A stretch of DNA of 64,000 nt from the IMG/VR virus record IMGVR_UViG_3300044732_000737, positions 13,818-77,817 of that record; one strand, written 5' to 3'. Position 1 is the first letter of the stretch. Every line of letters starts with the position of its first letter. This DNA comes from a virus. Below the pieces are notes generated by a model that did not search any database, was not told where the DNA came from, and saw only the letters and a list, made by a program, of their open reading frames with translations. Made by a program: the position numbers and the translations under genes. Below, piece by piece: positions 31,419-41,187 of this stretch.

Positions 31419-31484
31419 CTTTGTTTTCCTTTGGCACAGCCATTTAATTTTAATTTTTTAGGGTTTAGTTACAAACTTAAACTC

Positions 31485-34400
31485 TTACGGTCCAATACCA
31501 TACCAATCCATACCTTTAGGTATAGGAGCTAGTATATCTTTTCTCGTAATTTTGTTGCGAGGATTTAGTAAGCCATCCTCAATAGCTTTTTGGCGAAGTC
31601 GATTGTATGTTTCATTTGACATACCTTCTTCTTTTAGTGCCAGTAATGTTTTCTCTATTGTCTCACCTTCTAAAGCATCTGCATAGATTTCTCTAAGAGC
31701 TACTTTGGACTTTGCTGCTTGTCCTATGTTGGTGAAGAAAGCATCGTGAATCGTTGCGGTTTCAATACCACTTTTACGACCCCATAAATGAAATCTTCTT
31801 ACAATAGCGGCATCATTCATGTGGTTACCGTTAACCCCCATGCCAATGCCAGCCCTTTGGAGGCTTGATTTTCCTAGAAGTGAAGCATCTTCTGCTCGAT
31901 CTTCGTAAATATTACGGACCATCCTGTTAGCTTCTTTGTCATAGAACTCAATGCTAGTTTGGATTTTAGGTCTGTATCTCTGGTATAAAGTCTTACCATC
32001 AAATGTTACCCAAGGTACATCGACCTTCTGAGTTTCATCAACGTAAGCTTTAGCAGCTTCTTTCCAGAATTGTACGAATTTTTGAGTTACTGGTGCTCTC
32101 TCAGCTAGTCTCCGAGACATAATCTCTGACACTGCCTTGAAGTCTTGAGGACCAATTAGTCCCTTACGAGCATTCATTAACTTATCGACAAACGCTTCTA
32201 CGTCTGGGTGAGAATCACGAGCGTGTGCTAAAAGTTCTTGCCCCACAGAGGTTTCACCTTCAACAACTTCGTTTAACTCACGTTTTAATTGTTTAAGACC
32301 AAATACGACATTTTCAGCTCCTAGCCTATCTGCCTCTTTAATCTTTGCATCTATAATATTAGTTACTCCACGAAGTTCTTCACGGGTAACAACAGTATAT
32401 CCTTTTGTCTCTAACACTGAAGCAAACTTAGCTTCAATATTAGCTGCTTGTGTTGCTTTACCTGCACCATAGAAAGAAACCATGTTTTGTGCTTTTGCAG
32501 CCTTTTGAAGATCTGTCCACTGAACATTAGCATCTCTCAATCCTTGTATTTTCTGAAACTCTGGATCAGACACTGTATCCATAGCTACTAAGTCATACAA
32601 ACGATTTTTTTGTAATGTAGGTAATACGTTTGAGTTGATTGAAATATCTCTATCCCCAGTACTTAATCCGATGATCTGAGCACCAGAGGATGAAGCATCA
32701 TTCTCAATCATTAATTTTGTCTTATATGTCGCTAGTTTATTTACATCAGTAAAGTCACCACCTACATGATCATATATACGAGCATACTCAATAGCTAGTC
32801 TGGAGATTTTTGGAATCTCTTCTGCCTCAGTAGCTCTGATAATAGGATGCTCTAGAAATTCCCTGATACGCCTATCACGTTGGGTAGTTTCCCTCATTAG
32901 GCGACCTAAACTTAAAATATCTCTTTGATTTCTCATAAAGATTTCCATCCGACCTGCTTGTGTTAACGCCTCAGTAGCTGGACCAATCATAGAACCAGTT
33001 TGAATCATTAACTCCTGAACAATTTCAGGTGTAACGGCCTCTGCCTTAGCAGTATTCAAGAACGGACGAACAACTTCACCACCAGTAGGTGTTAAGAAAC
33101 CTTGATAGTAAACACGACCACGACCATCGATATTAGCAACAACGCTAAATGGCTTTCCAGTATCTCGATGATACTTTACAGTCTGCATAAAGCTATATCC
33201 CTGATCTCCACGAGTCAAAATAAGTTTTCTAAAGTCATTTAAGTCATCATACTTTTTTACATTTCCACGAGGATCTCTAAAGCGAACAACATCTTCCATA
33301 AATCCAGCATACTCATTATCAACCTCATATTTCACTGACATTGTGTGATTAAGCATATCAGCAAAATCACGATCAATTAGTACTCTGTCATAATTAGCAT
33401 TAGCTCTACGTGTAATAATCGGAATACCTGTGTTATTGCCTCTAGCATCAAAATAAGTCTTAGCTCCAGGTCTTACATAAAGCTTATCTCTATCAGAGTT
33501 AATACCAATTCGTTTTGCTAATAAAGCACTACGATTAGCCCTTTGTAAGTTGAGCATATCTTTATTTAAGATCTGAACTTCACGACTAACAGTATCTCTC
33601 CAAGGACCACTAGCACGACCAGTCTCAAGATCAACAACTGATCTCCTAGTCTTGCCACGCATAAGTACACGGATGTAGCCTTTGTCTTTTAATGCTGTAA
33701 GAATCTGCGATCCATCAGCATGGTAGTCTTGTAGTGTAGGCTTAAAGAATGGGAAGTCTGCGACATTCCAAGATTCTCTTAGTGTTTTACCTACATTAAT
33801 TGCCAATGAATCGTAGTCAGTTGACTTACCATCAGCAACAACAGTCAATACCTTTGATAAGGTATCAATTGCTTTCTTGTCGTTTAAACCGCCCTCTACT
33901 AATTGATTTAAATAACTTTGTCTTCGTTTACCGAATAAAAACTCTAAGTCCACAATCTTACGATAGTCTTCTCTTCTGTTTCTTAAGAATTCATCAATTA
34001 ATCTTTCACTAGGTACTTTGTCTTTAAAAAAGAGTTTAGCTCCAGGAACATTACTTAACAAGAATTTAACTACTTTGTCTTTGAAGTTATCAACACCAAT
34101 TCTGGGAGCACCTCTAAACCAAGTATATACAGGAGTTCTTCCAGTATAATACAAAGATCTAGCTAATGGCCTACCTTCTGTAGTAGCCCAATTACGAACA
34201 TAACGTTGATTATCAATATTATTTTCGATAATCTCGTCAAATGTATAGTACTTACCAAAGATCTGAACTTTAGCTGGCTCTCCAGCGACCCCATAAGAAT
34301 CAAACTGCTGAGATCTAGCTCTTGATCTACGATCTAAAATACGGCTTGTGTTAACTACAGAATATTGCATTTCACCACGAGTAACATTCATAAAGTTAAC

Positions 34401-35903
34401 CCATGGTTGCTTATCGTTATTGTATCGCTCAAAAATAACACGTAGATTCTCTGCAATAGCAGTCTGTTGATTTACAGATACTGAATCATCTAAGCTTTCA
34501 ACGAATTGTTGAATCCATGCTTTTTGTTCTTGATTAAGAGCCTTAGAATTTTTAATAAAGTCTATACGTTCTTGTAATACATTAAAGTCTGGATCATAAA
34601 GTAAAGTAGAACTTTGTTCGCCTGTGAAAGGATCAAAGCTATTGTTACGTTCATCAAACTCATTGTTTGCTCTAATTCGAACTGATCGTTTACCTGCTAG
34701 AGTAGTACCACGATAATCTACTAAAGAAATAGTCTGAGCAGTATTCTCAGTGTCTGCAATATACATTGCCTTTAACTGTTTAGTAGCCTCTGTATTCCTC
34801 ATTAGTTCATATGGTCTAGCCACATTAATTGCAAACAGATTAGACTCTGCCTCGGCTACAGCTGACTGCCTAGTTGGGAAGAAACTTGTTCTTGCATTAT
34901 CAAGCTTCCTTAATGCAGCAATGCTTAGTTGTTGACCTTTAGCAGTCGTAAATGCTTTTACATCCAAAATACCTTTCTGTAATAGTCCAGCACGCTCCTC
35001 ACTACCTAGATGTTTAACTTGAACCATCATAGGCTGGCGCTTAAGCCAAGAACCGTAAGTTTCTACTGGTGGTAAACTACCATCAACAAGTTTTTCAGAA
35101 GTTTCTCTTAGCTTGTTAACCTTTACTCTTGTATCTTTTGCCTCAGCAGCTTTTAATAGTTCTTCTTTGTTCTTTAAAACAGGAACCATAGAGCTACGGC
35201 AATTCCAGTGAAGTGGTGGTCTAAATCTTAGATCATCAATCTTGTATACTTGGCCATCATGGTGTGCACAGACTCTTGAAGTTCTATTGTCTAGTACAGC
35301 AGTAAATCTGTAACCTTTTAAAACCTCTTTATTACGATCCATTACTAAATTAAGCGCTTGTGCTTGTGTATTAGTAATAGCAGTCCTAACTAAAACCTTA
35401 GCCTGAACCTCAGTCAGGGTGGTTGTTTTAATTACATCTGAAATAATTTCTTTTACTGGCTTATTGTCTGCTAAACCAGATTTAATCTTTCCATCAATCC
35501 TAGCAAGTTCACTCGTACCAACAGTATCAAAGTGATCCCTTAAGCTTTTGGATGCTGTAATGTTAGGTCCAATAAGTTTAGGAATAGCATCACTACCCCT
35601 AGGCTTTTGAACTCTGAAGAATGAACCAGCACTCTTCTCTAAATTGTTAGCATGAAAGCTTACAGAGGCATCTGCATAGTCACTAACTGAATTGCTAGCA
35701 ATCATGTGCAACTCTTTTGTTGCTCGAGTTACCTCTGGCTTTACATCGGCCTTAATGTTCTTTGTTAAGAGTACTCTAAGGCGCTTTTGATGTCTACGAA
35801 TGCCCCTACTTACATTAGTGGAGGTCTCCGCTTCATATAGTCTTGTATCAGCTAAGTGCTGTACAATTCTGTCATAAATTTCCGTATTAATAGGAGTTGG
35901 CAT
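31485..35903 (-). CDS. MuF/SPP1-gp7 minor head protein fused to a T7/SP6-family single-subunit DNA-directed RNA polymerase
   Basis: N-terminus: LDNRTSRVC..DG...PPLHWNCRS (MuF). C-terminus: DGRGRVY, motif A ENDASSSGAQ, motif B KAQNMVSFYG, WVTFDG..Q.Y..IQT specificity-loop entry, NGNHMND, motif C IHDAF. Start probably ATG 35903 (AAGGGG RBS); track start is 35921. Confidence 0.92.
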   Translation of the reverse strand: MPTPINTEIYDRIVQHLADTRLYEAETSTNVSRGIRRHQKRLRVLLTKNIKADVKPEVTRATKELHMIASNSVSDYADASVSFHANNLEKSAGSFFRVQKPRGSDAIPKLIGPNITASKSLRDHFDTVGTSELARIDGKIKSGLADNKPVKEIISDVIKTTTLTEVQAKVLVRTAITNTQAQALNLVMDRNKEVLKGYRFTAVLDNRTSRVCAHHDGQVYKIDDLRFRPPLHWNCRSSMVPVLKNKEELLKAAEAKDTRVKVNKLRETSEKLVDGSLPPVETYGSWLKRQPMMVQVKHLGSEERAGLLQKGILDVKAFTTAKGQQLSIAALRKLDNARTSFFPTRQSAVAEAESNLFAINVARPYELMRNTEATKQLKAMYIADTENTAQTISLVDYRGTTLAGKRSVRIRANNEFDERNNSFDPFTGEQSSTLLYDPDFNVLQERIDFIKNSKALNQEQKAWIQQFVESLDDSVSVNQQTAIAENLRVIFERYNNDKQPWVNFMNVTRGEMQYSVVNTSRILDRRSRARSQQFDSYGVAGEPAKVQIFGKYYTFDEIIENNIDNQRYVRNWATTEGRPLARSLYYTGRTPVYTWFRGAPRIGVDNFKDKVVKFLLSNVPGAKLFFKDKVPSERLIDEFLRNRREDYRKIVDLEFLFGKRRQSYLNQLVEGGLNDKKAIDTLSKVLTVVADGKSTDYDSLAINVGKTLRESWNVADFPFFKPTLQDYHADGSQILTALKDKGYIRVLMRGKTRRSVVDLETGRASGPWRDTVSREVQILNKDMLNLQRANRSALLAKRIGINSDRDKLYVRPGAKTYFDARGNNTGIPIITRRANANYDRVLIDRDFADMLNHTMSVKYEVDNEYAGFMEDVVRFRDPRGNVKKYDDLNDFRKLILTRGDQGYSFMQTVKYHRDTGKPFSVVANIDGRGRVYYQGFLTPTGGEVVRPFLNTAKAEAVTPEIVQELMIQTGSMIGPATEALTQAGRMEIFMRNQRDILSLGRLMRETTQRDRRIREFLEHPIIRATEAEEIPKISRLAIEYARIYDHVGGDFTDVNKLATYKTKLMIENDASSSGAQIIGLSTGDRDISINSNVLPTLQKNRLYDLVAMDTVSDPEFQKIQGLRDANVQWTDLQKAAKAQNMVSFYGAGKATQAANIEAKFASVLETKGYTVVTREELRGVTNIIDAKIKEADRLGAENVVFGLKQLKRELNEVVEGETSVGQELLAHARDSHPDVEAFVDKLMNARKGLIGPQDFKAVSEIMSRRLAERAPVTQKFVQFWKEAAKAYVDETQKVDVPWVTFDGKTLYQRYRPKIQTSIEFYDKEANRMVRNIYEDRAEDASLLGKSSLQRAGIGMGVNGNHMNDAAIVRRFHLWGRKSGIETATIHDAFFTNIGQAAKSKVALREIYADALEGETIEKTLLALKEEGMSNETYNRLRQKAIEDGLLNPRNKITRKDILAPIPKGMDWYGIGP

Positions 35904-35948
35904 ATTTCCCCTTGATACCATACAATATATGCATCAAGGATGCCCGTA

Positions 35949-37574
35949 TTATACAGTGTTGTCGTTGTCATCGTCCCTATTATTAGGGCGCATATTATCT
36001 GTGTCTGAGATAGAAGAATCTATGCTCATTGCCTTAGTGTCTACTAGAGGGTCACTCTGGATCTCTGCTATGCCATCTTCATCGTTGTACTCAGCTGGGA
36101 GCACATCATTGAACTTAGCAATAGAAATAAATGTAGAACGTGGAATAATACCTTGCTGGTACCACTCTGTAACTAGTCTCATCCAGTCTGCGCCTACTGG
36201 TGTAGGATTAAAGTCAGCACTTAATGTGAACTTAATATCTGTTGGAAGAACATCAATATTGTATTTCCACTTAAGCATTACTGTAATAATCTGTCTCATT
36301 GTCTCTGAGATACGAGTATTGAGCATACCTAGTTGGGCAGTCTGAGCAGCATTACGGATTTCTAGACTTACGCCTGACTCACCTGAAGAGCCCTCTGGTG
36401 AAAGCATACGAATGCCCATACGAGCCATTTCTTCAATAGTAGCCGCAATAGCTTTTTCCATATCTGCTAAAGCGCCTGTTGGAGTGTCCAATGCTCTAAT
36501 GTCGTCTCCAGCACGGAGCTTAATCCATGAGCCAAGACCTGCCTCTACAATAGTTTCAAACTCTTCATCAGTCATATCTGACATTACTACTGGAGTGTAT
36601 GTAGCTGCACCATAAAGTAAGTGATTACGTCGGCTAATCTTGTTGTACAAGGCAATCTCACGATCAATCAATGATTGTAGGATTGGTTCAACAGGGTCGA
36701 TCTGACCATTCAATGGATAGGCAGGAATGAAGTTCATTCTCTCACCGTTCATCAAAGGTACTTCTGTACGTGTCTTTACCCATGCTGCATTAGCATTGTC
36801 TGTTTGATACTTGGATGTAACATTACCATTAATAACGCTTACAGACTCATTAGTGTCTCGTGTGTAAGTATCTACGACAAGCAGTCCTGACTCATCTAAA
36901 TAATAGTGAGTAACAGTGTCTACATAGTCTGGGTGGAATTCATTTTTAGAATAGTCTTCCATGTAGTAACGGAAAAGTAAACTTGTTAATACTTGTTTGT
37001 TAGTATTACGGTCTTGACCCCTACGCCAGTTAATAATGTTCTCTGCTTGAATGAGCATTACATATGGGGACAAAGCCTTGGCCTCTTCCATAGTGAGAGC
37101 GTCTGGATTAGCTACTGTAGGGTAGTCTACCAAACACCAAGCCCTAGAAGACTGTAGCTCTTCCCATATAGCCGCATCTAAGAAACCATGTAGTGAAGTA
37201 CCATCAGCACCAAAAGAAGTACGAATCCAGTCTTCAGTTCCTTCAGGAAATACATTCTCTGGAAGCTCAATAGCTGCTTGCTTACGTAATAAGCCGCCTA
37301 CAAGAACCTTAGCATACTGTGCTGTTAGTCCAGGAAGCTCACCCTCAGCACGATAAAAGTTGTACTGTTGCGAACTCATTGTGGGAGAGAAGGGTAATAG
37401 TAAGTTATTGTACGTTACAGTATCAATTGAGTCATCATATGCTCTTGCATGAGTCTGTCCATTAAGAACAGCTCTAGCCCTCTCCCAGAGAGGCCGCATA
37501 GACTCATATGCTGCGTTAGGATCCCCAAGGCTCTTCGTCTTAGCCTTTGATGGGGTCGTTGTTAGGTTTGCCAT
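35949..37574 (-). CDS. Portal protein (DUF4055-like)
   Basis: 541 aa; YESMRPLWERARAV, YNFYRAEG, LVDYP, PYVMLIQAENIINWR motifs; lies upstream of MuF. Confidence 0.88.
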   Translation of the reverse strand: MANLTTTPSKAKTKSLGDPNAAYESMRPLWERARAVLNGQTHARAYDDSIDTVTYNNLLLPFSPTMSSQQYNFYRAEGELPGLTAQYAKVLVGGLLRKQAAIELPENVFPEGTEDWIRTSFGADGTSLHGFLDAAIWEELQSSRAWCLVDYPTVANPDALTMEEAKALSPYVMLIQAENIINWRRGQDRNTNKQVLTSLLFRYYMEDYSKNEFHPDYVDTVTHYYLDESGLLVVDTYTRDTNESVSVINGNVTSKYQTDNANAAWVKTRTEVPLMNGERMNFIPAYPLNGQIDPVEPILQSLIDREIALYNKISRRNHLLYGAATYTPVVMSDMTDEEFETIVEAGLGSWIKLRAGDDIRALDTPTGALADMEKAIAATIEEMARMGIRMLSPEGSSGESGVSLEIRNAAQTAQLGMLNTRISETMRQIITVMLKWKYNIDVLPTDIKFTLSADFNPTPVGADWMRLVTEWYQQGIIPRSTFISIAKFNDVLPAEYNDEDGIAEIQSDPLVDTKAMSIDSSISDTDNMRPNNRDDDNDNTV

Positions 37575-38300
37575 TTAAAGTTTCTCCTCCATAAGCATCC
37601 TAACAATCTTCGCAACGATGTCTGAGCGAACAATATCGTCTACACCAAACTCGATGATAGGAATGTCAATGTTATGTTTCTTGCATAGTTGGACAAATTT
37701 AAGAATGTCCTTACCACTGTTAATATCACTCTGGGCAGGATCGCCACAGAGGACCATTTTAGAGTTCTCACCAAGGCGTGTTGTAATCGCCTTTAACTCT
37801 TCAAATGTTAAATTCTGACACTCGTCTACAATGACAAGTGAGTTTTCATAAGATCGACCACGAATAGTTTCTAGTGGTTGGATCTCGATTGAACCTTTGT
37901 TTACTAAGTACTGATAGAAGCCTAACCCGAAAGACTTCTCTAAAACACTAGTAATAGGCATTAACCAAGGAGCCATCTTATCAGCGATGGTCCCTGGAAA
38001 ATGTCCTAAAGATTTTCCCGTAGCTACATTAGCTCTACTTAAAATTATTTTGTCATACTTGCCTGTTAAGAACAAGGATGCTACCATAGATGAGGAGCAA
38101 TAAGTTTTACCTGTACCAGCGCAGCCAATAGTGACAGTGATAGGGTAATGACGAATTGCAGTAAGGAGATTGTCCTGTTTGTCATTCTTAGGTTGAACGT
38201 GGAATGGCCTTGGGGCCTTAATAACTTTAACATTAGATTGGTAATCCTCAATATGTGATACTTGAGCTTGTTTACGTGGAACTTTACGGGTTTTTTGCAT
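37575..38300 (-). CDS. phoH: PhoH-like ATPase
   Basis: GCAGTGKT, LGHFPG, IRGRS, IVDECQN, TRLGENSK, GDPAQSD, DIVRS motifs. Confidence 0.95.
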   Translation of the reverse strand: MQKTRKVPRKQAQVSHIEDYQSNVKVIKAPRPFHVQPKNDKQDNLLTAIRHYPITVTIGCAGTGKTYCSSSMVASLFLTGKYDKIILSRANVATGKSLGHFPGTIADKMAPWLMPITSVLEKSFGLGFYQYLVNKGSIEIQPLETIRGRSYENSLVIVDECQNLTFEELKAITTRLGENSKMVLCGDPAQSDINSGKDILKFVQLCKKHNIDIPIIEFGVDDIVRSDIVAKIVRMLMEEKL

Positions 38301-38311
38301 TAGCTAAATCC

Positions 38312-38494
38312 TTACTTCTTTGGTACTTCAGTACCCTCTAGCTTTTTATGAACTTTAATTTCTTTACAGACTTCTTTAGACTTACCAGTCTTAGGATCTT
38401 TAGTCTCTTTACAGACCTTCTTTGTTGTTGGCTCTGCTGAATAAACAGTAGGAACAACAAACAAAAGGGCAAATAGTAGTGCTAATTGTTTCAT
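38312..38494 (-). CDS. Small secreted hypothetical protein
   Basis: Signal-peptide-like N-terminus, two Cys, Lys-rich. Confidence 0.65.
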   Translation of the reverse strand: MKQLALLFALLFVVPTVYSAEPTTKKVCKETKDPKTGKSKEVCKEIKVHKKLEGTEVPKK

Positions 38495-38503
38495 TTTAAT
38501 CCT

Positions 38504-38950
38504 TTAAATAGGAGGATGATCTGGAGGTGGAGGAGCTAGCTTACCACCATAACCTGTAGTTACTTGCGGTTGTGGAGGTGGCGAAGCTTGTTGCATAGGT
38601 GCATTTTGAGGAGCTGCCATAGGGGTAGCCATAGGCTGACCTGGAGGTGGCCCTGAAGCAGCACCAGCCATCTTCTCTTGACCTCTTGACCATGCAGTAA
38701 TACCCAGTACAGCACCCATAGCCATATGGAACAAACCACCACCCTGAAGGGTTAATGGAGCCCACTGTCTAAAGGCATCATTCTGAACAGCAGTTTCCCA
38801 GAACTGTACAATTGTAAACATAATAGGAAACAAGATAAAGTCAGAGGCACATACACACATGTACATTACTGCCATCATTGGACGCCACTTTTTCTGGATC
38901 CAACTTTCTTCTTCTTTCTTAGGAGCCTCGTCCTTAATTTCTTCTGACAT
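38504..38950 (-). CDS. Holin-like membrane protein (3TM family, putative)
   Basis: KWRPMMAVMY...DFILFP...GAVLGITAWSRGQEK pattern; Pro-rich tail. Confidence 0.65.
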   Translation of the reverse strand: MSEEIKDEAPKKEEESWIQKKWRPMMAVMYMCVCASDFILFPIMFTIVQFWETAVQNDAFRQWAPLTLQGGGLFHMAMGAVLGITAWSRGQEKMAGAASGPPPGQPMATPMAAPQNAPMQQASPPPQPQVTTGYGGKLAPPPPDHPPI

Positions 38951-38959
38951 AAGAATTCC

Positions 38960-39508
38960 TTAAATTGTTAGTGGTAGCCACAACCATACGGCTTGTGACA
39001 TTAGCAGTGATGCTACAGCACCTACGCCAATACTGGCTCTAAATAGATTACGATTAACAGCAAGAATAGATGCGGTTAATAACACGATAGCAATCTGGAA
39101 TAGTGACCCTGCATAAGTATAGAATGGAGAACGTTGTTTAGCTACTGCTCTCTCAGCCTCTAGCTTACGAGCCTTGGCCATAAGTTCTTTCTTACCTTCG
39201 CCTGTAGCAGGTTCAGATTCATACCTGTCAATCTTCTTTTGTAATTCTTCTGCCTTAGCGGTGTTACCTTTGGATAGAGCATTCTCTTTAGAGATTTCAG
39301 CTAGGCGACCTTTGATGTCCTTAGACTGATAGAATGCCCATGTGTTGTTTGCATCGATTGTGTTGTTCAATACCTTAGAACTATTAGATCCACCCATAAG
39401 AGTGTTAATAGCTAACAATGCAGCAAGCACTGTAATAACCCAGCCAGCCTTATCCTTTAGTAGAGCTTCTCTTTCGCTTCTGCTTAGAGGTTTCTTTTCT
39501 TCTGTCAT
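38960..39508 (-). CDS. DUF4337-like membrane protein
   Basis: N-terminal TM, NTWAFYQSKDIK, coiled coil, LFQIAIVL plus C-terminal TMs. Confidence 0.7.
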   Translation of the reverse strand: MTEEKKPLSRSEREALLKDKAGWVITVLAALLAINTLMGGSNSSKVLNNTIDANNTWAFYQSKDIKGRLAEISKENALSKGNTAKAEELQKKIDRYESEPATGEGKKELMAKARKLEAERAVAKQRSPFYTYAGSLFQIAIVLLTASILAVNRNLFRASIGVGAVASLLMSQAVWLWLPLTI

Positions 39509-39516
39509 AATGCTCC

Positions 39517-39669
39517 TTAGAAAGGTAGGTATTTGTTGATTAGGCCATTAACGATTCTGTCTGAGAGATCATTTGGTAAATATTTAAGGAAGCCTAGGAA
39601 ATATAAAGCTACAGCACCGTAGCAAAATATTTTAAAGCATAGGTCTGCAGTCTTCTGATACTCGTTCAT
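39517..39669 (-). CDS. Small membrane protein (50 aa)
   Basis: Below the track cut-off; ATGA overlap with upstream gene; MNEYQKTADLCFKIFCYGAVALYFLGFL... Confidence 0.6.
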   Translation of the reverse strand: MNEYQKTADLCFKIFCYGAVALYFLGFLKYLPNDLSDRIVNGLINKYLPF

Positions 39670-40160
39670 CGTCCACACCCACCTGGAGGACATAGATTGC
39701 TAAGTTCGTTAATGCCAACAAACAAGAGAAACAGTACAAAGAACACAGCACCAACAGCAATAGCTATTTGTGTATAGTACTCTTCATCCTCTTTAGCCCT
39801 CTTCTCTGCATCTTTAAGCTTTCGCATAGCAATGGCATCATCACGATCCATCTCAGCTTGGCGAGATTTAATTTTATTCCATACATCTATCTTACCTGTC
39901 TGCATAAAGAGCATCTTTAACTCTTCCTCAAATGCTCGAGCTTGCTCAAGAGCCATTTCGATTTGCAGTGCAGTGCCCATATTAGAGCCTTTGCCAGACT
40001 GTTTAGCTTCGATCATAGCTCTAGTGGCTACGCTCTTAGCATCAAACATCTTACCGATCATAGGGGCTAACGAGCCCAGATCATTGGCTACCTTACTAGC
40101 CTTCTTAACCATGCTAATTGCTGATTGTATACCAGCAAGAGCTGTGATTGGATCAATCAT
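39666..40160 (-). CDS. Hypothetical membrane protein
   Basis: MIDPITALAG start, coiled coil, C-terminal TM. Confidence 0.75.
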   Translation of the reverse strand: MIDPITALAGIQSAISMVKKASKVANDLGSLAPMIGKMFDAKSVATRAMIEAKQSGKGSNMGTALQIEMALEQARAFEEELKMLFMQTGKIDVWNKIKSRQAEMDRDDAIAMRKLKDAEKRAKEDEEYYTQIAIAVGAVFFVLFLLFVGINELSNLCPPGGCGR

Positions 40161-40312
40161 TTTCTTTTCCCTTTATCCGTTTTGTCATTGTTCTTCCACT
40201 TTAAACAACTGACCTTACGGTTATAAACGGGTCCCTGCCATGTCCATCTCTCACAGACGGGGGCTTTTGGGTCATAACCAGCTAACACTAAGGTAAGAAG
40301 AATAGTAGACAT
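40157..40312 (-). CDS. Small hypothetical protein (51 aa)
   Basis: Fills the gap exactly, with an ATGA overlap; CERWTWQG...VSCLKW. Confidence 0.6.
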   Translation of the reverse strand: MSTILLTLVLAGYDPKAPVCERWTWQGPVYNRKVSCLKWKNNDKTDKGKRK

Positions 40313-40927
40313 TTACACACCTAGTACATGGAGTGCATGTGCATAGTGCTTTTTACGGTCCTCGATACCAATGGTACCTCCGTTAATTTTTCTTGTTAAT
40401 GTCTCTATATCGCCTTGATCTGCCCATTTATTTAAGTTATTAGTTTCCCAGAACCAGCAAGCACTCTGTGCAGCACCTTCAAAGGTACTCATGTACTCAC
40501 TAGCTTCCTCTGCGGAAATACCAATAGACTCAGCAAACCAAAAATAATTATCTTTACCTGTTAACTGTATTAGGCCTCTACCAGAGTACCTATATCCATC
40601 TCCTGAAGCCTCATCTCCATTACCCATACGATTAGCGTAGACCTTGTTAGCAATAGCTTCAGGCTTACCTGCGAACTGCCTTGCTAGTTCATCATTAGGG
40701 AAATACTTAGGGAAGATTCTTCGGAGTGTCTCCCAACGATAGTTGAGATTTTCTTTAATCATTGTAAACTCGCCTGACTCATGAGCACATTGAGCAACGA
40801 ATGCTGCAATACGCTTCTCGGTATCAATACCATAGTCGGGTAGGAGTTGTTCTAAGGCATGATGCCAATATGTGACATGCTTATTACGTGGAATAAGTTG
40901 TCTAAGCTGATCTAGTGTTAGTATCAT
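40313..40927 (-). CDS. Endolysin, glycoside hydrolase family 19
   Basis: AAFVAQCAHESG, YSGRGLIQLTGKDNY, TRKINGG motifs. Confidence 0.92.
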   Translation of the reverse strand: MILTLDQLRQLIPRNKHVTYWHHALEQLLPDYGIDTEKRIAAFVAQCAHESGEFTMIKENLNYRWETLRRIFPKYFPNDELARQFAGKPEAIANKVYANRMGNGDEASGDGYRYSGRGLIQLTGKDNYFWFAESIGISAEEASEYMSTFEGAAQSACWFWETNNLNKWADQGDIETLTRKINGGTIGIEDRKKHYAHALHVLGV

Positions 40928-41187
40928 TTAAGCGCCTCAAACAGTTTCTTTTGTTGTGTATACCACTCACTCCAACCTTCAACACGGTTAGCACATAAGT
41001 GATATTCGGAATAGTTAGTCACAATGGTCTTTGTGAGTTCTGATAGCTCAGGCTTTTCGTCTGCTACCTTTAATTTAGGGCACAGAGTAAGTAACTCTTT
41101 AGGTGCCTCTGGGAACTTGGCCACTACAGGGACTACTGTAGAGCATCCTGATATTACTAGGGTAGACAATAGTATAAGCTTCTTCAT
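40924..41187 (-). CDS. o-spanin (Rz1-like lipoprotein)
   Basis: Lipobox ISGC after a short signal peptide; Pro-rich; overlaps the end of the i-spanin gene. Confidence 0.8.
   Translation of the reverse strand: MKKLILLSTLVISGCSTVVPVVAKFPEAPKELLTLCPKLKVADEKPELSELTKTIVTNYSEYHLCANRVEGWSEWYTQQKKLFEALK

Noticed and set aside
31485-34898. MuF C-terminal extension as a polymorphic toxin
   Set aside because: The extension carries ordered polymerase motifs and is followed by the scaffold gene, not a small immunity gene.
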